Positions 1 through 9,088 of a stretch of DNA of 64,000 nucleotides are shown here, piece after piece. The notes under the pieces were generated by a model. The model was not told where the DNA came from, ran no database searches, and saw only the letters and a list, made by a program, of their open reading frames with translations. Position numbers and translations under genes: made by a program. Origin of the DNA: Myxococcota bacterium (lineage in GTDB: Bacteria > Myxococcota_A > UBA9160 > UBA6930); NCBI GenBank assembly GCA_965223705.1, contig OZ245015.1, forward strand, positions 2,432,001-2,496,000, read 5' to 3'. Position 1 is the stretch's first letter, and each line of letters begins with the position of its first letter.

Positions 1-1133
1 ATCTCGTCCGCGATGGACTGCGGCGTTCCGACCATTTCGAGGGTTCCGAAGCTCCCTCCGACGCGCTGCGCGAGCTCGCGGACCGTCTTGCCGTGCCGCT
101 CGCTCAGCTCGACCAGCTTGGCCCGGGAGGAGCGGCTCGCATTCGATTCCGGGATCTCCGGCAACGGCGCATCGAGATCGAACCCCGAGGCGTCGTGTCC
201 GAGGAGCACGGAGAGCGTCGCGATGCCGCTATCCGGGTGCACGAGTCGATCGAGTTGCTCTTTCTTCGCCTGCGCTTCCGAAACCGAATCGCCGACAACG
301 ACGAAGCATCCGGGCAAGATCTTCAAGTGGTCGCGCTCTCTTCCCACGGCCTCGAGGCGCGCCTTCACGTCCGCGTAGTAGGCCTTCCCCGCCTCGAGCT
401 GGCTGCTCGAACCGAACACCACCTCCGCCGTCTCAGCGGCCAGCTGACGGCCGGCTTCGGATGCGCCCGCCTGGACGATGACGGGCCACCCCTGGATCGG
501 ACGAGCGACGTTGAGTGCACCGTGCACAGAAAAATGAGCACCCTCGTGATCCAACGGATGAAGCTTTTCCGGATCGAAGAAGATTCCGGAGTCTTGGTTT
601 CGAAGAAACGCGTCGTCCGCCCAGCTGTCCCAGAGGCCCGTGACAACGTCGAAGAACTCGCGCCCCCGCCGGTAGCGCTCGTCGTGTTCCAAATGTTCTT
701 TTCGGCCGAAGTTTCGCGCTTCATCGGGGTTCGCCGATGTGACGAGGTTCCACCCCGCGCGGCCACCGCTCAAGTGATCGAGCGACGCGAACTTGCGGGC
801 GATGTGATACGGATCGTTATACGTCGTCGATGCGGTCGCCAAGAGACCGATGTGCTCGGTCAGAGCGGCGAGCGCGGGTAGCAAGGTGAGCGGATCGAAG
901 GACGTCACCGTGGCACTGCGCTTGAGTGCCGCCATCGGCATGTTCATCAGCGCGAGGTGGTCCGCCAGAAAGATCGCATCGAAACACCCGCGCTCGAGGG
1001 TTTCCGCGAAACGCCGCTGATGGGCGAAGTTGAAATTCGCGTCGCTGAACGCGCCGGGGAAGCGCCAGCCGGCGGTGTGAATACTGGCGGGGCGGAGAAA
1101 TGCCCCGAGCTTGAGCTGTCGCCTCTCGCTCAT
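1..1133 (-). CDS. NtaA/DmoA-family (LLM) FMN-dependent monooxygenase, 3' end beyond the window edge
   Basis: Absent from the ORF track. Manual translation from ATG 1133 gives MSERRQLKLGAFLRPASIHTAGWR...FDAIFLADHL...ATASTTYNDPYHIARKFASLDHLSGGRAGWNLVTS, the NtaA/SnaA family pattern. Confidence 0.9.
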   Translation of the reverse strand, partial: MSERRQLKLGAFLRPASIHTAGWRFPGAFSDANFNFAHQRRFAETLERGCFDAIFLADHLALMNMPMAALKRSATVTSFDPLTLLPALAALTEHIGLLATASTTYNDPYHIARKFASLDHLSGGRAGWNLVTSANPDEARNFGRKEHLEHDERYRRGREFFDVVTGLWDSWADDAFLRNQDSGIFFDPEKLHPLDHEGAHFSVHGALNVARPIQGWPVIVQAGASEAGRQLAAETAEVVFGSSSQLEAGKAYYADVKARLEAVGRERDHLKILPGCFVVVGDSVSEAQAKKEQLDRLVHPDSGIATLSVLLGHDASGFDLDAPLPEIPESNASRSSRAKLVELSERHGKTVRELAQRVGGSFGTLEMVGTPQSIADE

Positions 1134-1175
1134 GGAAGCCAAGATAGGCGGATGCGCATGAAGTAGCATGCGCGG

Positions 1176-1649
1176 GTGAGCACCGAAGCTGGCGTCGGCG
1201 TTTTCCCCGTGGGTCACTGGCACGACGGCCCGGATGTCGTACCGATGGACTGGGATCGGCTCGAGCCGGGCGAGGTGTTGCCCACCGTGCCCTGGCGATT
1301 CGAGCCGTTTGAAAACGCGATCTTGTCCTTTTTCTCGGAGCTGCGGCATCCGCGCTACCTGACGGATCAGCCGGCGACGGCTCTTCCCGTCGTGGCGCTG
1401 TGGGCTTCGTTCAGCCATCTCGCCAGCCGCTATCGGTTGGGCCCGATCATCGACGTCGAGCACGCCTTCCGGTTTCACCGCCGTTTGATCCCCGGAGAGT
1501 CCACCGAGCTCTCCGGCGCGATCACGGACAAGTACGAACGGAAAGGCCGCTACTACATCGCCTGGCACACGCACTGCACCGGCGACCGCGACGATACGAT
1601 TTTCGATTTCGATCACACGGTGATCGATCTGCGCGAGCCGAGCTCATGA
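1176..1649 (+). CDS. Hotdog-fold MaoC-like dehydratase subunit
   Basis: HAFRFHRRLIPGE...ITDKYERKGRYY pattern; ATGA-coupled to the next gene. Confidence 0.65.
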   Translation: MSTEAGVGVFPVGHWHDGPDVVPMDWDRLEPGEVLPTVPWRFEPFENAILSFFSELRHPRYLTDQPATALPVVALWASFSHLASRYRLGPIIDVEHAFRFHRRLIPGESTELSGAITDKYERKGRYYIAWHTHCTGDRDDTIFDFDHTVIDLREPSS

Positions 1650-2029
1650 GTGACGGACGAGAATTGGTCACGCGCGAAATCGAATGCTTTCTCGGCTGGT
1701 CGCGGAGAAACGTCTATCCGCCGCACCCCAACATTCACACCGATCACGATTTCGCCCGGGCTCGCGGTTTCCCGGGCGCGATCATGTCTGCGTCCCAGGT
1801 GGTGCCGCACCTTCACGAAGCCCTGATCGACGCCGTGGGCGAGGCCGCCTTCTTCGGCGGCGGCACGCACCTTCGCTACAAGATGATCCGGCCGGTGGCC
1901 TCCGAGGGCCGGGCGACGGTGCGCGTCCTTGCCGGCGACGCGCCCGGCACCCTGGAGCTCCGCGTCGAAGACGAGAATGGCCAGATCTGTATCGTCGGCG
2001 AGGCGATCGTCGAGAACGAACCGGTCTAG
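1646..2029 (+). CDS. MaoC-family dehydratase
   Basis: NIHTDHDFARARGFPGAI motif; ATG 1646 overlaps the upstream stop (ATGA). Confidence 0.75.
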   Translation: MSDGRELVTREIECFLGWSRRNVYPPHPNIHTDHDFARARGFPGAIMSASQVVPHLHEALIDAVGEAAFFGGGTHLRYKMIRPVASEGRATVRVLAGDAPGTLELRVEDENGQICIVGEAIVENEPV

Positions 2030-2814
2030 CGACCTGTCCACGAGGGCTTGCGCTTCTCGACGAACGCCGCGATTCCCTCGCGCCCGTCCGCCGTACCCAT
2101 CGCCCGGGTGATGACGACACCTTCGAGCTCCCCCGCTTGCTCGAGCGGCGCGTCGTAGCCGGCGTAGATCAGGTTCTTCGCGTTCCCCAGCGCCCACGCC
2201 GGGCCGTCGGCGAGCTGTTGTGCGAGCGCCGCGGCAGCGCCATCGACCTCGGCGTCCGGTACCACGCGGTTCACGAGCCCCCAGGCTTCGGCCTCTTGCG
2301 CGGACAGCACCCGGTTGGTCAGGGTGAGGTCGAGCATGCGCCGAAGGCCGATGTGTCGCGCCAAGAAGTAGGTCGAGGTTCCGTCGGGCGTCACGCCAGC
2401 GCGGGTGTAGGCCATCGTGTATTTCGCGCTCTCGCCACTGACGACGAGATCAAACGAGCTCACGAGGGAGAGGCCCGCTCCGCCGGCGGCGCCGTTGACG
2501 CCCGCCACGAAGGGCTTGGGCATGCGGTTCATCTTGTAGATGGCGCCGTGGAAGTCCGTGAGCATATCGCTCGCCAACCGCGGCAGACCGTCGCCGGCGG
2601 CGTAGAATTCCTTGAGATCGCCTCCCGCCGAGAACACCTTCCCCTCGGCGGTCACGGAAGCAGCCCGCACATCGTCGTCCCATTCGATCTCGAGCATCAC
2701 CTGGCGGAGGTCGCGCGAAAACGCGGGGCTCACGGCGTTGGCGCCTTCCGGGCGGGCGAAGCGAACGTGTGCCACGCCGTCGCGAACTTCGTAGTGAATC
2801 GTGTCGAGCTCCAT
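2026..2814 (-). CDS. Enoyl-CoA hydratase/isomerase
   Basis: FSAGGDL, VNGAAGGAG and EGIAAFVEKR crotonase motifs. Confidence 0.92.
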   Translation of the reverse strand: MELDTIHYEVRDGVAHVRFARPEGANAVSPAFSRDLRQVMLEIEWDDDVRAASVTAEGKVFSAGGDLKEFYAAGDGLPRLASDMLTDFHGAIYKMNRMPKPFVAGVNGAAGGAGLSLVSSFDLVVSGESAKYTMAYTRAGVTPDGTSTYFLARHIGLRRMLDLTLTNRVLSAQEAEAWGLVNRVVPDAEVDGAAAALAQQLADGPAWALGNAKNLIYAGYDAPLEQAGELEGVVITRAMGTADGREGIAAFVEKRKPSWTGR

Positions 2815-2897
2815 AGCGGCTCCCTCGTTTGGTGTTCGGGTCGGGATTGAAGCACATTCCCGGAACGGCGGGCTCGCCGAGTTTCCGAGGAGATGTG

Positions 2898-3692
2898 ATG
2901 GACCCGATTGCCAAGATGAAAGAAGCCGCACGCGCGGGCTGGTCGAGCTTCGGCCCCTTCGAGATGACCACCGGCCTCGTCGCACCGAAACTCGTCACTT
3001 TCGCCGGGGTTCGGAGCGGCACGGACGTGCTCGACGCGGGCTGCGGCACGGGTGTCGTCGCCGTGACGGCTGCGCGCGTCGGGGCTCGGGTCAAGGGACT
3101 CGACCTCACTCCGCCCCTCATCAAACGCGCGCGGGAAAACGCCGAGATCGCGGAGCTCGAGATCGAGTTCACCGAAGGCGACGTCGAAGCGCTGCCCTAC
3201 CCCGACGCTTCCTTCGACATGGTCCTGAGCCAATTCGGCCACATGTTCGGCCCGCGCCCGGACGTGACGACGGCAGAACTCCTCCGCGTGCTCCGGCCCG
3301 GCGGCACCATCGCCTTCTCCACCTGGCCGCCTGACGTCTTTACCGGGCGGATGTTCGCGCTCCTCGGCCGCTACGGCCCACCGCCGCCCGAGGGCGCGAG
3401 CCCGCCGGTCCAGTGGGGCGATCCGAACATCGTCGCCGAGCGGTTGGGCGATCGCGTGCGCGATCTCGTGTTCGATCGCGCGCGATTGCGGCTACCTGGC
3501 CTCTCGCCACGGCACGTACGTGCGTTCTTCGAGCAGAACATCGGTCCGATCGAGATCCTGATGGCACAACTCGAAGCCACCCCCGAAAAGCTCGACGCGT
3601 TTCGTGCGGAGCTGTTGGCGCTGATCGAGCTCTATTTCGAAGACAACCGCGTTCGACAGGATTTCTTGATGACCCGCGCCGTGAAGCGCTGA
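2898..3692 (+). CDS. Class I SAM-dependent methyltransferase
   Basis: VLDAGCGTG, LPYPDASFD, RVLRPGG; GAGGAG SD upstream. Confidence 0.9.
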   Translation: MDPIAKMKEAARAGWSSFGPFEMTTGLVAPKLVTFAGVRSGTDVLDAGCGTGVVAVTAARVGARVKGLDLTPPLIKRARENAEIAELEIEFTEGDVEALPYPDASFDMVLSQFGHMFGPRPDVTTAELLRVLRPGGTIAFSTWPPDVFTGRMFALLGRYGPPPPEGASPPVQWGDPNIVAERLGDRVRDLVFDRARLRLPGLSPRHVRAFFEQNIGPIEILMAQLEATPEKLDAFRAELLALIELYFEDNRVRQDFLMTRAVKR

Positions 3693-3711
3693 TCCGCCCG
3701 CCGCGCGGGTG

Positions 3712-4524
3712 CTAGTCCGCGAAGGCGTTCGGGTAGAAGAGTTGCTCCCCGCCGACGCGAAACGCGGCGATGGCCGCCTGCCCGTCGGGACCGACCAGCC
3801 AGTCGATGAGCTGCTGGCCTTCGCTGGCCTTGACCCAGACGTGCCGCTCGGGATTCACCAGAATCACGCCGTAGGGGTTGAAGAGCTCCGGATCCCCCTC
3901 GAAGAGGATTTCGAAGTCCTGCTTGTTCTTGAAGCTCAGCCACGTACCGCGGTCGGTCAGCGCGTAGGCCTGCATGCCGATCGCCACATTGAGGGTGGCC
4001 CCCATCCCCGAGCCCGTCTCGCGGTACCAGGCACCGCTCGACGCTTCGGGATCGATGCCAGCCGCGGCCCAGAGCGCTTGTTCCTTGCGGTGGGTTCCGC
4101 TGTCGTCCCCGCGCGATGCGAACAGCGCTCGTGTCTCGGCAATTCGCCCGAGTGCCCGCTTCGCCGTGCTCGCTTCGCGAAGGCCCGCCGGGTCGCCCAC
4201 GGGACCGACGATGATGAAGTCGTTGTACATCACCGGGAAACGCTCCACACCGTGGCCCGCGGCGACGAACGCCTCCTCTGCGGAAAGCGCATGGACCAAC
4301 AGCACGTCGCCGTCGCCGCGCTCGCCGGCGCGAAGCGCTTCTCCCGTGCCCCGCGCGACGACACGGACTTCGATACCCGTCTTCTCGGTGAAGCGCGGCA
4401 ACAAGTCCGCGAGGAGGCCGGAGTTCTCGGTGGACGTGGTGCTGAGGAGGAGCAGCGGTTTCTCGGCGCCCCAACCGACTTGTGCGCAACATACGATTAG
4501 AACGGCCCACAGGATCGCTCTCAA
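3712..4524 (-). CDS. tupA: Tungstate ABC transporter substrate-binding protein
   Basis: Signal peptide; STTSTENSGLL, GTGEAL, SRGDDSGTH, GMGATL and LFNPY motifs typical of TupA. Confidence 0.88.
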   Translation of the reverse strand: MRAILWAVLIVCCAQVGWGAEKPLLLLSTTSTENSGLLADLLPRFTEKTGIEVRVVARGTGEALRAGERGDGDVLLVHALSAEEAFVAAGHGVERFPVMYNDFIIVGPVGDPAGLREASTAKRALGRIAETRALFASRGDDSGTHRKEQALWAAAGIDPEASSGAWYRETGSGMGATLNVAIGMQAYALTDRGTWLSFKNKQDFEILFEGDPELFNPYGVILVNPERHVWVKASEGQQLIDWLVGPDGQAAIAAFRVGGEQLFYPNAFAD

Positions 4525-5807
4525 AACGTCACCTCGATATCCGTTCGCAAGCGCACGCGGTCCGAGCGACTGGCGGCACCCGCCGGAAGGCCTGAGAAAA
4601 AAATCGGATCCGATTCGAGTTCGTCGGCGACGAAGAGTTCGAACTTCAGGTCGGTGTTGGGCAAGACGCGCTTCTTGCCGTAGAGGGCAACGCCATCCCG
4701 ATTTGTGAAGCCATCGAAAAGAACGCTGTCGCTGAAATTCGCCGGGAAGGCATTCGCTTCGAACTTCCAGTACGCGAGACCCAGCGACGCGATCTCGCTG
4801 GCGCGGCCGACCTCGATTCCCATTCCCAAGGCCTGGTCCTCCTCGCCCGCCCCGGCCACGCGGCGGGCGTCCAGGTTCCGTACGTACGTTCCGTAGAGCA
4901 CGAGAGGCCAGCGATCGATTCCGGTGTACCGACCGTAGAGTGAAGTCTCGAGCACTGTGATTTTGCTGCCGAGGCCGCCCACGAGGTTGCCATCGGACGT
5001 GTTCGCCGCAAAGAAACCGTCCTGCAACGACCGGAAGTTGTAGAACGTCCCGCGGCCTCCCCAGGCAAAGGTGTCGGTCAGCGCCGTTTCACCGCCCAAC
5101 TGGATGCCGAACATGTGAGGATCCCGGCCTCCCCCTTCTTCATCGATGATGAAGTAGCCGCCATTGGCGAAGAGGCTGGTGCGATCGTTCCGTTCCGTGA
5201 GGAAGCGAACGGCGACGCCCTCGGGTGCGATATCGGCATCCCAAAGGAAGTCCTTGCCGACGCTCCACCGAAACGGATTCGGGACTTTCCCGAAGAGTAC
5301 TCGGCTCTCGAGGTCACCGTTCTCGTGGCGGGCTTCGAGGAAGGCCTGACGCAAGAAGATGCCGTGGGCATCGAACTCTTGAGACCCGCCGCGTCCGCTG
5401 TCGCCCAAGGTCTGCGTCGCGCTGTTGTGATTCTCTCCGCTCGTCAGCAGGAAGCCGGCGGAGAGCCAATCGTTGACCTGGGCGCGTCCCTTGAGCCGGA
5501 GCCGATAGCGGAGGCGGTAGCGATCCCGCGCCGTTTCCCCGTCAGCGCCCCGGTCGTACCAAAAGGATTCGTGCCGGGCGCGGAAATCACCGGAGAACGA
5601 AAAGCGATCCCAGGGCGCCTGCTCGTCGGCTTCGTAGGCGGCGTTCTTCGCGCGCAGGGTCGCGTAGGCTTGATCGTCGATCAGACCTCGACTGCGGAGG
5701 ATTCCGAGCACGTCCTCGATGACCGGAGTATCCGAAGCCCTACCGGCGGCGGGCAGTGCCAGGCAGCCAAGGAGCAACCCCTGGACCACATAACGTCGCG
5801 AGCGCAT
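4521..5807 (-). CDS. Putative outer-membrane porin
   Basis: Signal peptide, SGDFRARHE...RYRLRYRLRL, WDADIAPEG, C-terminal Phe. Start is 5807 or 5819. Confidence 0.75.
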   Translation of the reverse strand: MRSRRYVVQGLLLGCLALPAAGRASDTPVIEDVLGILRSRGLIDDQAYATLRAKNAAYEADEQAPWDRFSFSGDFRARHESFWYDRGADGETARDRYRLRYRLRLKGRAQVNDWLSAGFLLTSGENHNSATQTLGDSGRGGSQEFDAHGIFLRQAFLEARHENGDLESRVLFGKVPNPFRWSVGKDFLWDADIAPEGVAVRFLTERNDRTSLFANGGYFIIDEEGGGRDPHMFGIQLGGETALTDTFAWGGRGTFYNFRSLQDGFFAANTSDGNLVGGLGSKITVLETSLYGRYTGIDRWPLVLYGTYVRNLDARRVAGAGEEDQALGMGIEVGRASEIASLGLAYWKFEANAFPANFSDSVLFDGFTNRDGVALYGKKRVLPNTDLKFELFVADELESDPIFFSGLPAGAASRSDRVRLRTDIEVTF

Positions 5808-5825
5808 AGGTTCCCCCATTCCATT

Positions 5826-5850
5826 CGTTATTCCCGTCGGGATATAACCG
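5826..5850. promoter_or_regulatory. Candidate ModE operator
   Basis: Imperfect inverted repeat CGTTATTCCCG-T-CGGGATATAACCG resembling the ModE box (CGnTATAT...ATATAnCG), directly upstream of porin-tupA. Confidence 0.6.
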
Positions 5851-5873
5851 GAGCAGAGGAAATACGTCAATTG

Positions 5874-6236
5874 CTACGGGGCACCCCGATTGCGCAAGAA
5901 CGCGAGATTTTTTGAGGTCGCCGCTCTGGCCTCTTCTTCGATCGCATGGAAACGCGCGATGAGTTCCCGTCCGAAGTCGGTCAGCAGGGCACCGCCACCG
6001 GAGCGTCCCCCCGTCGCAGCGGAGGTGACTGGCTCACGGAAGCAGCGGTTCAGGTCGTCGACCAGTTCCCAAGCGTGCCGATACGCCATCTGGAGTTCTC
6101 GGGCAGCTGCGGAAATCGAGCCGGTCTCCTCGATGGCTTCGAGGAGCTCGATCTTCCCCGGCCCGATCTTGTGACCGTCGACGTAGACCGTGACGCGAAG
6201 CCCCGTGTGCCCGCGTTTTGCGGAGCGGCGCGACAG
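5874..6236 (-). CDS. modE: ModE-type winged-helix regulator (N-terminal domain only), probable CTG start
   Basis: The frame stays open upstream of the track ORF: LRVTVYVDGHKIGPGKIELLEAIEETGSISAAARELQMAYRHAW...TGGRSGGGALLT. There is no ATG, GTG or TTG ahead of the conserved region. Confidence 0.8.
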   Translation of the reverse strand: MSRRSAKRGHTGLRVTVYVDGHKIGPGKIELLEAIEETGSISAAARELQMAYRHAWELVDDLNRCFREPVTSAATGGRSGGGALLTDFGRELIARFHAIEEEARAATSKNLAFLRNRGAP

Positions 6237-6239
6237 CGG

Positions 6240-6881
6240 CTAGCCGCTGAGCGCCTTGAGCGCCTCGGCTTGATCGGCGTCGACGCGTTTCGTGGACTCT
6301 CGAGCGTTCGTCGCCGCCAGGCTCTCCGCCAATCCCGGGACCTCAGCCACGAGATCCCAGCCGTAGATCGCTTGCCCAACCATGCCGGCGTAACCGAAGG
6401 TATTGTGCGCGACGATGTCCGCGTAGGTGAACTCACTACCGCAGAGGTACGGCCCGAACGTCGCGAGCTGCGCGACGGCGCCGAGCGCGTTTTCGATGAC
6501 AGGTCGCGCTTCTTCCACCGCAGCGTCGGACTTGGGACCTTTGAAAAACACGTGCCCGAAATGCCGACGAGCGCTCAGCTCGATGTAGAGCTCGAGCACT
6601 CGCGAGATCTCCCGGACCTTCGCTCGCGCGTATGGATCGCTCGGGAGCAAGGCAGGTTTCGGCAGGATCTCCTCGACGTACTCGAGGATCGCGCTCGTCT
6701 CGGAAAGCGGACCGTGTTCCGTCATCAGGAAAGGCACCTTCCCCATGGGTCCCTTCGCCTTGAACCCCGGCTCTTGACTCGGAGGGTTGGCGACCTCCTT
6801 GAAGTCGGCCCCTTTCTCGAGGAGCGCGTGCTTGACCATGTTGTAGTAGTTGCTGACCGGAATACCGTGTAGCTCGAGCAT
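6240..6881 (-). CDS. Glutathione S-transferase family protein
   Basis: SNYYNMVK, PMGKVPFL, LSETSAILEY, FTYADI. Confidence 0.92.
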   Translation of the reverse strand: MLELHGIPVSNYYNMVKHALLEKGADFKEVANPPSQEPGFKAKGPMGKVPFLMTEHGPLSETSAILEYVEEILPKPALLPSDPYARAKVREISRVLELYIELSARRHFGHVFFKGPKSDAAVEEARPVIENALGAVAQLATFGPYLCGSEFTYADIVAHNTFGYAGMVGQAIYGWDLVAEVPGLAESLAATNARESTKRVDADQAEALKALSG

Positions 6882-6991
6882 CGGGAGCCTCCTTCAGGGG
6901 AAGCCTACACCAACGGAGCGGTGCTCGGCTGGCCGCCGGTCGCACCTCCGGGTTACGGTGGTGGAGCACACGGCTTCCCGGGAGGACCTTC

Positions 6992-9088
6992 ATGCACTCT
7001 CTTTTCACTTGCTTCGCGCTGCTCATCGCCGCGACGCCCGGGTTTGCGGCGACCGTTGTCGACGACGCGGCGCTCGCCGACGATTCAGACGGCAAGCACT
7101 GGCTCAGCTACGGGCGCACCTACAGCGAGACCCGCTACAGCCCGCTTGACGCGATCAACACGGAAACGGTGCCTCGCCTCGGCATTTCCTGGTACCTCGA
7201 TCTGCCGAACGACCGCACGCTGACCTCGACACCGCTCGCCGTCGACGGCGTCCTCTACTTCACGGGGAGCTACAGCGTGACGCGCGCCGTCGATGCGCGG
7301 ACCGGGAAGATCCTCTGGGAATACGATCCGGAATCCATCGCACACGGCGGCGACAAACTGCGCATCATGTGGGACACGAGTCGTGGGCTCGCCTATTGGA
7401 AGGGCCACGTCATCATCGCCACGATCGACGGGCGGTTGGTCTCTCTCAACGCGAAGACCGGCGAGCGCGTCTGGGAGACCGTCACCGTCCCCGAGGACAA
7501 GGCGTACTACATCACGGGCGCACCCAAGGTGTTCCGCGACAAGGTGATCATCGGCAACGGCGGAACCGAGCAAGAGGCTGCGCGCGGTTACGTGGTCGCG
7601 TACGACGTGGCGACGGGCGAGGAAGCTTGGCGCTTCTACGTCGTGCCGGGGAACCCAGCCGACGGGTTCGAGAATGAAGCCATGGAGATGGCGGCGAAGA
7701 CCTGGACCGGGAGTTGGTGGGAGTTCGGCGGAGGCGGAAACGTCTGGAACGGAATCACTTACGATCCAGAGTTCAACCAAATCATCATGGGCACGGGCAA
7801 CGGATCGCCGTGGAACCGAAAGATCCGCAGCCCGGGCGGAGGCGACAACCTCTTCCTCTGCTCGCTCGTCGCCGTCGACGCGGACACGGGCGCGTACAAG
7901 TGGCACTACCAGACCGTTCCGGGAGAAACCTGGGACTACAACTCGAACATGGACATTTCGCTGACCGAGATCACCATCGGCGGCGAAGCGAAGAAGGTCC
8001 TCCTTCACGCGCCCAAGAACGGCTTCTTCTACGTCATCGATCGGCAAAACGGTTCGCTTCTTTCGGCGGAGAAAATCGGCAAGGCCACCTGGGCGAGCCA
8101 CATCGACATGGAGACCGGACGTCCGGTCGAAGTCGAAGGCTCCCGCTACGAGGACGGGGAAGAACTCGTCTGGCCGAGTCCTTTTGGCGTTCACAGCTGG
8201 CACGCGATGTCCTACAGCCCGAAGACCGGCCTGGCCTACATCCCGACCATCGAGATGCCGGCGGTCTTCACGGACAAGGGCATCGACCTCAAGGCCTGGC
8301 GCTCACCGAAATACCGCCTCCGCGCGGGTGTCGCCTTCGGGACCGAGGATTCCGATCCGGAGACGGGGCTCGCGAAGCTCCTCGCCTGGGACCCCGTCAA
8401 GCAAGAACGTGCGTGGGAAGTCGCGCTCCCCAAGAACTGGAACCCGGGCACGATGGCGACGGCCGGAAACCTCGTGTTCCAAGGGCGCGCGTCCGGAGAC
8501 TTCGTCGCGTACGACGCGAGAAGTGGCGAGGAGCTGTGGTCCACCCACCTGGGCCTCGGCATCTCGGCTCCGCCGATCACCTACGAGGTCGACGGCGTCC
8601 AATACGTCTCGCTCCTCGTGGGTTGGGGTGGCGCCGGTCTCAACACGGGCTCCCTGGCCGCGCAGCACGGCTGGGCCTACAAGAAGCATCCGCGCAGGCT
8701 ATTCACGTTCTCGCTCGACGGCGACGTGTCGCCGCCGCCTTCACCGCCTCCCTACTTCCCGAAGCCCGTCGACGTCGAAGACCTCGTGATCGACACCGAG
8801 CTCGCGGCGGTGGGCCAGCAGGCGTATGCAGAAGCGTGCTTGTGGTGTCACGGCGGTGCGACGGTATCCGGGGGGAACGGCCCCGATCTTCGCGAAGCGC
8901 CGACGGCTCTTGCGCTCGATACCTTCCGCGAAGTCGTCCTCAAGGGGCGCATTCCGCTCGGGATGCCCGCATTCCACGACTACCAGGAGCGAGAGATCGC
9001 AGGCCTGTTCCACTACATCCGGCAGCAGGCGAGAAAGTCGGTGGCCGCCGGCGTGCACGCGGCAGCAGCGGAGCGAGCCGCGCCCTAG
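6992..9088 (+). CDS. PQQ-dependent quinohemoprotein dehydrogenase (type II ADH-like)
   Basis: Signal peptide, WLSYGRTYSETRYSPL, Trp-docking repeats, GTGNGSPW, WHYQTVPGETWDY, C-terminal heme-binding CLWCH. Confidence 0.92.
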   Translation: MHSLFTCFALLIAATPGFAATVVDDAALADDSDGKHWLSYGRTYSETRYSPLDAINTETVPRLGISWYLDLPNDRTLTSTPLAVDGVLYFTGSYSVTRAVDARTGKILWEYDPESIAHGGDKLRIMWDTSRGLAYWKGHVIIATIDGRLVSLNAKTGERVWETVTVPEDKAYYITGAPKVFRDKVIIGNGGTEQEAARGYVVAYDVATGEEAWRFYVVPGNPADGFENEAMEMAAKTWTGSWWEFGGGGNVWNGITYDPEFNQIIMGTGNGSPWNRKIRSPGGGDNLFLCSLVAVDADTGAYKWHYQTVPGETWDYNSNMDISLTEITIGGEAKKVLLHAPKNGFFYVIDRQNGSLLSAEKIGKATWASHIDMETGRPVEVEGSRYEDGEELVWPSPFGVHSWHAMSYSPKTGLAYIPTIEMPAVFTDKGIDLKAWRSPKYRLRAGVAFGTEDSDPETGLAKLLAWDPVKQERAWEVALPKNWNPGTMATAGNLVFQGRASGDFVAYDARSGEELWSTHLGLGISAPPITYEVDGVQYVSLLVGWGGAGLNTGSLAAQHGWAYKKHPRRLFTFSLDGDVSPPPSPPPYFPKPVDVEDLVIDTELAAVGQQAYAEACLWCHGGATVSGGNGPDLREAPTALALDTFREVVLKGRIPLGMPAFHDYQEREIAGLFHYIRQQARKSVAAGVHAAAAERAAP

